Notes under the pieces: generated by a model
The model's database searches: none
What the model saw: only the letters and a program-made list of their open reading frames with translations
What the model was told of the DNA's origin: nothing
Shown: piece after piece, positions 53,821-64,000 of the stretch
Position numbering within the stretch: position 1 is the first letter of the stretch
Layout of the letters: each line of letters begins with the position of its first letter
Position numbers and translations under genes: made by a program
NCBI GenBank assembly: GCA_951406725.2
Contig: OX597815.1
Location: forward strand, 138,198,001-138,262,000
Length of the DNA stretch: 64,000 nt
Reading direction: 5' to 3'
From: Octopus vulgaris
Lineage: Eukaryota

Positions 53821-55091
53821 AGAGATAATCTCTAACCAATGAAAATATTGTTTTAAAAATGCAATATAAATGGCATTCTTCTACAGGAAACAATACTCTG
53901 AAATCTCTACATTCGGATATGATTCATAGGAGGAGTTTACTTTAAATATCTAACGTACTCACCATAGCAATCTGGGGTGACTGTAAAAACTATGGGCATT
54001 GTCCCTCTTTCTCAAGCTGAAATAAAACTTATATACGCAAATAAGTAGATAATTGAAAAACAAAACATCTGCTAATTAAATTTTGTGAATAGTAAACTTT
54101 AGAAAAAAACTTTAAACTTATTAAAATAAATTCTAACAAGTGTTGTTATTTAATTATGCACGGAACTATATAAGGTTTTAATGAAAAATTAATCCTAGGA
54201 AACATTTTTTATATCATTGGAAAACATACGCCTATCTAAGCTTACAGATCTCGTTAAATGAATTGTAAACATTGCTAATTAATTCTTTGATACCCAATTT
54301 TAATAAGATTAATTACACGATTTCATTTCTGAATCATTTCATCTAACTTAATTTTCTCGCTTATTTCTATTAAAAATATGATACCTAATTTACACAAAAA
54401 TTGATGATTCTTCGAGTTATACGATAAGAGACAATGATGACTTTTTAGTGGTTTAACAAAAGAAGAAGCCTCCTAGGCTGATTAATTTATTATCTTCATT
54501 AAAATTCTATAATTAATGTAGATGATTTTCATGTAGATGATTTATCTGAGGCAGGTAGCGAACACCGGATACTTCGATCTTCGTCCTGGTATTACGCCCT
54601 CCGTCGGCGAACCGCTGCTGATGAGGCATTTATGTTCAATATATTTCCAAAATATTTTCGTTTTAAAGAGTAACTATTAGAGTTATAAAAGCAAAGCAGT
54701 GCAATCTAACTTAGCAAAGAGAACAATAAATAGACGTAAAAATAAGGATTATTCTGTATTTTCAGGATGCATGTTATGCATTGAAGTAAAATCATGAGAA
54801 ATTTAAGAATATAAAATTGAATATATGATGGAATGACTCTCGGGAACTATAGATTCGCTGAAGCAAAAGATCTAAGCGCTCCAATCTTCTTTATTCAAGA
54901 GATTCGATGTGGATAATTTTTCGTAGTGTTTAACTCGACAATACATATCATTACAAAAACTTGTGCATATTTAACTTCGTATCAGGATGGTCATTCACTG
55001 GTTGAAATATCAGAATATATAATGAAAAGACAAGTAAAAGATAAAAATATATATTGAATGTAAGGATAATAAACATAATTTTTCCAAGATA

Positions 55092-55264
55092 GGCACAGGA
55101 GTGGCCGTGTGGTAAGCAGCTTGCTTACCAACCACATGGTTTATCGGGTTCAGTCCCACTGCGTGGCACTTTGGGTAAGTGTCTTCTACTATAGCCTCGG
55201 ACCGACCAAAACCTTGTGAGTGAATTTGGTAGACGGAAACTGAAAGAAGCCCGTCACACACACA

Positions 55265-55342
<78 letters not shown>

Positions 55343-55556
55343 AGTGTGTGTTTGTTCTCCCACCATCGCTTGACAACCGATGCAGGTGTATTTACGTCCG
55401 TGTAGCTTAGAAGTTCGGCAAAAGAGGCTAATAGAATAAGTACTAGGCTTACAAAGAATAAGTCCTGGGGTCAATTTGTTCGACTAAAGGCGGTGCTCCA
55501 GCATGGCCGCAGTCAAATGACTGAAGTAAATAAGAGAAAAGATAAAAGAAAAGATA
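55092..55556 (+). mobile_element. SINE family B with internal (CA)n
   Basis: Head ggcacaggagtggccgtgtggtaag...gggttcagtccc; colinear with the other copies. Confidence 0.9.
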
Positions 55557-55742
55557 GACGTACTTTATTTACACAGTAGAAATGAATGAAGCTTTCACAT
55601 TCAATTTATAATTATTCCAAAACTGAAAGAGACAAAGGATTTTTGTTGTAGAAATTAGCATTCCGAATATTATGGGTTAATTTCCTTTGTTATATCTGGA
55701 AATCACAATAAAATATTATTTACTCAAGTGTATACATACATA

Positions 55743-56283
55743 CGAAGTCTGATCAATAAGTATCTAGACTGTTGCCATAGTAACGATGTTAAAGCACGCC
55801 GAGTGAAGCCGCTAGTGAAAGATTGACCCTAAAATCTGTTGTGCATGTGCACTAAGTTTTAACATTCTAGCTCATTTCCGATATTTATAGCAGTACGTGG
55901 AAGGAAGGTGTGTAGCGTGTGATCGTCGCATTGACCATGACTGAAAAGGTTGTCATGGTGATACCTTCTCGGAGGCCTACCCAAATTTGCAGAAATATCT
56001 TGAATGGGTCGAGAACGATGGAAAGTTTTTGAAAACATTGCCTAGACCTCCGAGTAGGTATCGCCAAGCTTTTGGCTAAATTTGATGCAGATTCTCTATT
56101 CAACTTTCTCTGTCATTATCAATGCGGCGATCACACGCTACACACTTTCCTTCCAAGTACTACTGTAAACAGTGGAAGTGATCTAGAACGTTAAAACTTT
56201 GTGCGTATGCACCACAGAGTTCAAGGTCAATATGTGCTTCGTTACTATGACAACAGCCCGGATACATATTGATCAAACCACGT
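55743..56283. mobile_element. Mariner-derived fold-back element (two inverted 5' arms)
   Basis: Both arms carry TIR, 5' UTR and the transposase start (MTEKV..RICIKF.QKLGDT.SE) in opposite orientations. Confidence 0.8.
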
Positions 56284-56309
56284 CCATACATACATACATA
56301 CATATATAT

Positions 56310-56874
56310 GTACGGGGTGTAAGGTATTTGATGACATAACCTTTTTTTGGATCATTGCTACATTTTTTGCAGAGCTCAATAAAGATCGCGTTTATAAGTG
56401 TTTACATTGGTAAAAACACACTTTCAGCTATTTCAAATAATTTCTGCTCCCTTACCTAATAATATCTATAACTTACACTTTATCCCACACATCCCATTCT
56501 TTCCTTTACTATTTCTATCTATTTGTCATTCACTTATTTGTTCATACCGCCTTTACTACTTTAATTCTCTTTCTCTCTTCCTGCTCTTCGTCTCTTGTCC
56601 TATGACGTCAAATTACTTAACGACTTTTAAAAACTTACAAGCGTTTCCTACCCACCTCAATTTTTCATATATATTATAGTTTCTTACATCTGTAAAAATA
56701 GCTTATAAATAAGCACTGTGTTTATAATCACCTCCCTGATGAAATTGATACACTGTTTCACATTATTCTTCCTCTGGGATTAATTTTTAATGTATCAATC
56801 AAAACACATGTCGGTGATATAGAGATATAAATGATTTAAATAACATCTTGTGCGTTTACCTCCATTTCCCATTA

Positions 56875-56878
<4 letters not shown>
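56310..56878 (+). mobile_element. Probable Penelope-type terminal repeat fragment with decayed hammerhead motif
   Basis: CTGATGA...stem II...AAAACACATGTC at 56736-56812; fragment lies between microsatellites; PLE assignment rests mainly on this motif. Confidence 0.5.

Positions 56879-56946
<68 letters not shown>
56879..56946. repeat. (TA)n microsatellite
   Basis: Direct reading. Confidence 0.98.
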
Positions 56947-56947
<1 letters not shown>

Positions 56948-59900
56948 TGGAAAATTTCGTAAAATGTAACGCACACATAATCTTGGCAGCGAAACTAATT
57001 CGTTACAGGTTGAATACAATTACCTGACCGTTAGAGGAATGTACTCTGTAGCAAAATATTAGAGTCATGTCTGTTACTGTATTGAAAAGGGTTTTGATCA
57101 ATGCTCTTTCCCGCTGACTAAACCATTAAAAATATATTCTGTTTCAGAGAGAAACTTCTCAGTGAATTAGATACAAATTCTATATAAAAATAATGGCACA
57201 CACAATTTCATATAGTGAAATGTTCAACATTTCTATGACAGTTGTTTTATAGTGAGAGAAAGGCTAACAAAGTACATGTGTGTTCAGAGGCCTCAAAATT
57301 GTGAAATCGATATAGATGGTGTTTGAAGTTCTGCTAGCTAAGAATATGTTCTACTAAAACTATAAAAATTGAAATATTACTTAGTTATCAGTATTCTGAT
57401 TTCATGCATGGAATTGCTAAAATATACCTGAAAAATTACATGAAGAAATTCTTTGTGATAGCTTTCAACAAATGAATTAACATTTTGGGGCTAACTTTTT
57501 TATGAAAATAATTATAACGGAGTTTTTTCAAAACGTTTATTTAGAGGGAACGCAGTAGTCGTGACCTTTTGTATGGCCTCCAAGATTACAGGAAGAGAAG
57601 GCGAGAGGAAGTGATCCTTAAACCGAGATCCGACCTGAATACTTTCGACGAAATGAACTTTATTTATTGCATTTTAGTTGGTAGGTGGTGGTGTAAACTG
57701 AGTGACGGATTAGGTCTACGACAGAAGCCATCCTTTAAGCAGGTATTTTGATAATATATTTTGTAGCCATGAAAATGAGAAGCAATAAACATATAGAACA
57801 TACTACAATCACAACAGACTCGTTGATACATGGATTGCATTTCTAGCTCCACAAACCCCATAAAAAATCCTAAATAGAACAAATGATGCCTTGGTTAGAG
57901 GGCAACAAAATAAAGTCATTGATTGGTAGGGCCCTTATTGTTAATTTGGTATGTTATTACATATTTCTAATGGAACTCCTCAATCGGTTCAAACGATGAG
58001 TAATACGGTTCTTCTATCAACTGAATTGTCTTATTCAGTTAGAATGTATGTGGTTGAGTATTTTACAGACACATAATTCTCAGGTAGAATCAACATGACA
58101 CATTGTGATAAGGATGACATTTTGAATCACATGTTCAGTCAATCCAAGATCTTGTACAACTTCTGTGTGTCCAAATTCAACTGCGAAACTTGGGAAAACC
58201 TGAGGCTATCGTAAAAAAGCAAACTGCATAATTAAACATTAAGATCGAACCCGAGGCCTCATGATTGTGAAGCGAACGTTTTGATCCTTGATCATTCCTT
58301 TTTCCATGATGCATATTTAAACACACGCACGGGCAAGTGCACACAAATACATATGAATTTGACCAGGGAATTGACACGAAAATTGATATTGATTTCTCAA
58401 TGAGATCTTTCTATTTTCTTCTAGCTTAAGTCTTTATAGATCTTACAAAAATAGTTTTTGGTTGAAAAAGGAAAGTATTGAATTAAACATGTTTTATGTT
58501 TTTTTTTTCACAATTTTCTATTGAAGTATAAATATCTAGAATATTCAATACTAGAATCAAATAATCTTGGCAAAATATATTGTTCATTTTTTCCAAATAT
58601 ATATATCAAATATAATTATCATGAGAAACGGGGATTTTGAATAGATATTGAAGCAATATTAAAGTAATATTGCAGTAATGTTTAACGAAATATTAAAGTA
58701 TTAGCGAAGTGCTATTGAAGCAGGTATTTAAGAAATATGTAACAAACTATTATTGAGTAATGTTTATTGTAATTATGTAGGTAATTTTAGAAAATTGAAG
58801 CATATTAATATGAAACAATTGAATTAATTTTATTTACGACCCTACCAAATACGTAAAGATGAGGAATACGTAGACTTCATTGTAAGAAAATTATAATAAA
58901 TTAAACATTCAATATCTCTTTTGAGATTATGCATATGTGAATATTGCTTTATGTTTGTCATTATTCTTCCAATGGCCCGTTTCCAAATCCGAAAAGTACA
59001 GAATTTTAGAAAACTGTCTCATCATTAACTGTGGTCAATTACAGAGCCAGTTTTCCAAAACCCACACTGAAGAGAATAAGACAATGGATAATACCATCAA
59101 GCAGAATCCTTTATCACTTTGGAAAAGAGCCATAGGATAAAAGTAGCATTTCACCTTGATGGCCAGTTGGCTGAATCGATTATATCGATTCTTATCCCGA
59201 CTAGGTTATTGCCGAACAATATGTCCACATTCAAAACTATAAAGCGTGTAAAATATTCAATATTTCGCCCAATGTCTAAAGATAACAATATCAGAATTCT
59301 CCAAACTTATCCAAGTGGGAAATATCGAAGCAAATTTATACAATAAAGTAATTGAAAGGAATTTTGATCTCTCCAAGAAAACATAAAACTAGGTGTACAA
59401 GCGTTTACAATGTAGTTACTACTGTGCAGTTGAAACTTTTATACTTGAAAACATGATCACAAGAGATTTGGAAAGAATTCTTAGGAGTAAAAGAGCAACT
59501 ATAAACGCAGCCTCTTGCAAAAAGTTTACAAAATAAGGATAGAACTACAAATAAAGCAACTATTAAGTAAAATATTCCACTCTTAGTAACAGCACTAAGT
59601 ATTCAGAAACGATCTATAGTTCTTCATCAATAGTGAAAAATATTTTTTCGACGGTGAAGCAAATCTTAAACAAAAGTATAAAATCGTGTGCTATGTTTTT
59701 ATTATAGCTGTTGTTTTTAGAATAACAGCGAAAAAGAAATTATTTTTGTTGTGATATGTGACTTTTTAAAATGTTTTTATCCGATATTGTCCCTTGAGTA
59801 ATTCCAATATTATCAACTGCTACAGGAATGTAAACTTCAAACCCATAGTCAATAAACTATTAAAACATCCTTATATATTTATATTCTCATGTTGTCTTTT

Positions 59901-60026
59901 AAAATTATTCCATTCGTAGAAGTGTGGGAAATAACCAGATAACTCCTTGAAAATTGGGAACACCCCCACACCGAAAAAGTCAATTTAATTTTCCAATTAT
60001 TGAAAGAAAGGATTGGGTTATATATT

Positions 60027-62690
60027 TTAACCCATTTGTGGCGAGAATAACTTTTTATTTACATTGATTCGAAGCCAGAAATGTAAAATTCAAAATAAAT
60101 TCTTAAATAAACCCAGGTGCCATATGGCACCGCTAGGATGATAAAGGTACAAAAATACAACTGTGGTAATTTCTTCCTTTTTATTCAGTAATCAAATGTA
60201 TAATATGTTATTCTTTTATAGGAGTGAAAATAACAAAAAGAAAAAGCAATATGATGCATTTTATGGTAATTAATATTGAAAAAATGCTCCTTTATCATAT
60301 ATTCCATATATTATGAGTTAGTCACGAAAGTAACAGATTATTTTTTTGTGATAATCTGTAGAACACGAGATGCATAATCCCACATCGTATTTTTCACATT
60401 CAGTTCGAGTCTGTGATTTACAAAATTCTCCCTGACATTCGCGTCGCTTGTTCCCAGTTACTGGTCACACATAGTGTTCAGAACCATCGTATCACATATC
60501 AGAATCTCCTGGACATGATTTTTGCCGGAAGTTTTTGGCTGAACCTGAAATCTTCGCAAGTATGACATGGCAACTGCTCTTCAGAAGTCCAATTGCAGAA
60601 CTCTTTCCTCGTGCTAAAATCCAAGCATTTTGAATGGAGACATCTATAGTCCAAGTGAAAAGACCCCACGTATGCCATTGCGATACGCGTTGATGTTTTG
60701 GTCCATCTGATCATTTCCCCTATATTCTTATTGTAATTATAAATTGCCTGAGGAATTGGTACAACTATGTGTTTTGACGTCTCCTTAGATCAGCGCTTGA
60801 CTTTGTTTACTGGGTTCTTCCTATGAATGGTGGATACCACTGTCACAACAAACAGCATTATCCTTCCATCTGGTGACTCTGGTGACTGTCTCTGAAGAAC
60901 CTCGTTCTGTTTTTTTATCAAAACAGCGTACAGAAGAAATAGGACACGAAGTATCTAATCAGTTTGCTCTCAATATGCCAGTACCATTGAATCCTAAAGT
61001 TTTGAATTGATTTAGAAGTGGCACTGATGTGAAGAAGTTATCAAAATATACATGATAAAGAAGGTGTTTTTTCTCATCACTATAGGAATCCAGTAAATGA
61101 AGTACTGTTGATGAACACTTTCCATAAGTCGATTCTAATTCTACATTTCCACAGCGAGTCTGCCTTTGATAGGGATCAAAGGCTATTAGATAGCCTACAG
61201 ATGAATTTTGACACCAGATTTTGTATCTGAATCTTATAGGTTTATTGTGAATAGATTGCTTGCAGATATGCTTACCAAAATATTTCATCATGGCTTCATC
61301 CTGTGAAATATTTGGTGCTGGAACAAAACGTTCCATAAATTTCTTTTGTAAATGAGATATGAGGGGGTTGCAGTTTTGCAAATTTATCACTTTTATTGAT
61401 ATCATCTGCTGCACTGAAGTGAAGATAACGCATTATAGCATCAAACCGGTCGCGTCTCATAGCATTACTGATAGTTTCATTGAACGTATCTGATGTATGT
61501 GACCAATGTATATGACGACGAGGTAATTGATTATATCCTGAAATTATAAGAATTGCAAGGAACACTTTGAATTCATTCAAGGATATATTTATATCAGTCC
61601 AGTTCTTTTTCAAGCAGTATTTTGTCATTTCTTTCATTGAGTGTTCAGTTATATCATTGTCATAGAATAGCACAAATAATTTCACTTCACGAGCATCCCT
61701 ATATTTTGAATAATTACACTCAGGAAAAATGGAGGGCATCACTTGTGTTTCGGTTTTTCCCCAAGTAATTTGGCATTTTTTCTTTTGTTTGCAACACCCA
61801 AAGCCTGTCCAGTTTCAGCAGAATTTTTTTTCTGCGTCGCTTCGTTATCGTTCGTTTTCGTACTTGGTGATTGCAATTCTGCGGGGGCGCGAAGTTGGTT
61901 GCCTGAGAGATGATGAGTATGTCGAATGGTGACAGCTTCATCTTCTTTCGCCGAATCTTCATCTGACAGGTCAGTAACCTCCGGGGGTTCAATGAAAATA
62001 TCATATGGGCCGTCATCTTCCTCTTCAAGAGTACTCAAAATTTCATTCAATTAGAGTTCACGCTTCCTGAAAAAATACAAAATAGTGAAAAACTAGAAAC
62101 TTTAGCATGCGGAAAGTGCAGATCCCCGCCAAACAGTATACCCCTCCCCCACCCCTTTGTTTTACACCGGATCACCTCAAAAATCTAGTCATCTGTTTCT
62201 TGTCCTATTTTGAACATTTCCTGAAAAACTATTAGAGAAAACTATACTTCCATTGTTGAAAATCCATGTTCAAAGGAAAAAATTCCAAAATATGGTAAGT
62301 AACACACGTTGTACTGTGTATTTTCTAGCGGTACCATATGACACCGTAAAATAATTCAGCAAAACAAACGTCACTGCAATATATCTTATGGATTATTTTC
62401 ATTTGTTCCTATCTCTAACGAAGTATTTAGATATTATTCTAATAAAATACAAGATATTTTGACCATATTTTCTGAATGAGCAAACAAATAATAACTCACC
62501 TGTTTAGAGAAGTCATTTCTGTAGAGGATGTTTTTCACATTAGCTGACAAACACACATGATCACTCTCCCAAGGTGGAGCAGCTTCTAAACCGTTGCATC
62601 GTGCATTGAGACAAGAATCATTCCTAACATGTTCAATACATGTTTCATGGAAATTACTGTTCTTGTTGTTATAAAGGATTAAACGGTTAA
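60027..62690 (-). mobile_element. Decayed piggyBac transposon
   Basis: TTAA-CCC at 60027, candidate other end ...cggTTAA at 62687-62690, palindromic subterminal repeats at about 60116 and 62325; TIR match is poor so ends are tentative. Confidence 0.75.
60340..62516 (-). pseudogene. piggyBac (PGBD2/3-like) transposase pseudogene with predicted 5' intron
   Basis: Frameshifted pieces with IFIEPP..LSDEDS, MRRDRFDAIMRYLHF, QDEAMMKYFGKH..KQ...KPIRF.YKIW, VYFDNFFTS, GTGILRAN, RWKD, and C-terminal Cys-rich RRECQGEFC..C...VGLCISC..DYH. Confidence 0.9.
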
Positions 62691-64000
62691 ACATGTTGCT
62701 TTTCATACATAAACATGCATACATAAACGCACACACACACAAACACACACACACATATATATATATATGTGTATACATACATACATGCCTACATAAATAT
62801 ATATATGACAGTTATGATAGTAGTAGTAACTATCATGCAGTCGACGTTAGCAGTTATGATACTGTCTATGAGCCGACTATTTGAACCTCAAACTATATTA
62901 CCTCTATATGCATCACTACTAGCTACTCTAGTAACAGCAATAGTGGCTGTGAAAACATAATCCCTAAACCTGATAATGACGCAAGCAATCCATATAACAT
63001 ACACATCGATTCTAAAATAAATGAAGATTATGTAACTATCAATAATCAAACCAAATGTTTTAACTTCCATCATCGCAATGGTAGTGCTATTACTAATAAT
63101 AATGATCCACTGTTTCTTAGGATAATTCGAGTAATTTTATCGGATTTAACTATAATTATCCCTATCTGTGTTCCTTGAATAACACTGAAAATCTACTAAA
63201 TTATGTAATTGTAAAAACATTTTATGCCCCCTAAATAATTTATGCCCCACTAAAATAATATCTATAGATGTGGTGAAATAATTAATCTAACTACCTTTAT
63301 TTACATTGTTTCAACTTCTTGCATATTTATGCACAATTTATATAATCATTCTTATACTTTCAATAATCGTAATATGACCAAGGTTACATCACTTGCGGAA
63401 AAATTTGGGAATTAAAAGACAAAAAAATTAGATTTCAATTTACCTGGAGTATAATGATATGCATTACCCTGATGAAATAATAGGTATGGGTGGAATCTTT
63501 GCTGCGCTGAATTAAGAGAAATACAAACCGGTCGACTTCTGCATACAAGAATAGAATGAATAGAAAGATTGAAAGAAATTAAAAACTTTATAATAGTTAG
63601 TTCTGGAAGTTCATATACTTTTCTTATAAAAATCAGATGGTGTTGTACTTCGTGTCCTCACTGTTGCAAGCTGGTAGAAATTAGATCTAATGGTAGTGTG
63701 AGAAGGGGCAGTAGTGTTAGTAGTAACAGTTAGTGACTGCTACTACTACAGTTACAGTAGCAGGTGGGTCTCTTAGTAGTAAGAGGGACAGCAGTAGTGA
63801 CAGTAATAGTTAGGGTTCTCTGCGGATTATAACAGAGTTAGTAGCAGTGCTGTTTGTTCATAACAGTTTTCCCCATCTATAACCTAGCAGTAGTCGTAGT
63901 GATGGTCCCAGTCAGGGCTGTAGTATCGTTGGTGATGGTTGTTGTTTCTCTTTCTCTGCCTTTAGATGTAGCTTTTAGTAACAAAGGACATTTTCTTTGC

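Noticed and set aside
54617-54626. Other CTGATGA motifs (also near 38767 and 63466) as hammerheads
   Set aside because: No stem II plus GAAA arrangement follows.
63640-64000. Thr-rich minus-strand stretch as a mucin-like exon
   Set aside because: Interrupted by stops, no clear splice sites; likely low-complexity retroelement linker cut by the window edge.

Overview
AT-rich eukaryotic (metazoan) DNA with no host protein-coding exon that I can support; it reads as a large intron or intergenic region. The recurring tRNA-derived SINE families resemble those I know from octopus (coleoid cephalopod) genomes, which is an inference. The window is a mosaic of microsatellites, at least three SINE families, decayed Penelope-like elements (GIY-YIG remnants and hammerhead-ribozyme-like motifs), mariner derivatives, palindromic MITEs, RTE and L1/Tx1-like fragments and a decayed piggyBac. 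The one intact element is an apparently full-length CR1-group LINE on the minus strand (about 39.9-44.55 kb). Its ORF1 has an unusual Myb/SANT-like + polyQ + tandem CCCH zinc-finger layout. Its ORF2 (APE endonuclease + RT) has no AUG before the endonuclease domain and lies in the -1 frame of ORF1. The overlap contains an in-phase U UUU UUA slippery heptamer abutting a perfect hairpin, a candidate programmed -1 ribosomal frameshift. The piggyBac transposase appears to be split by a GT-AG intron after a 17-nt ATG exon.
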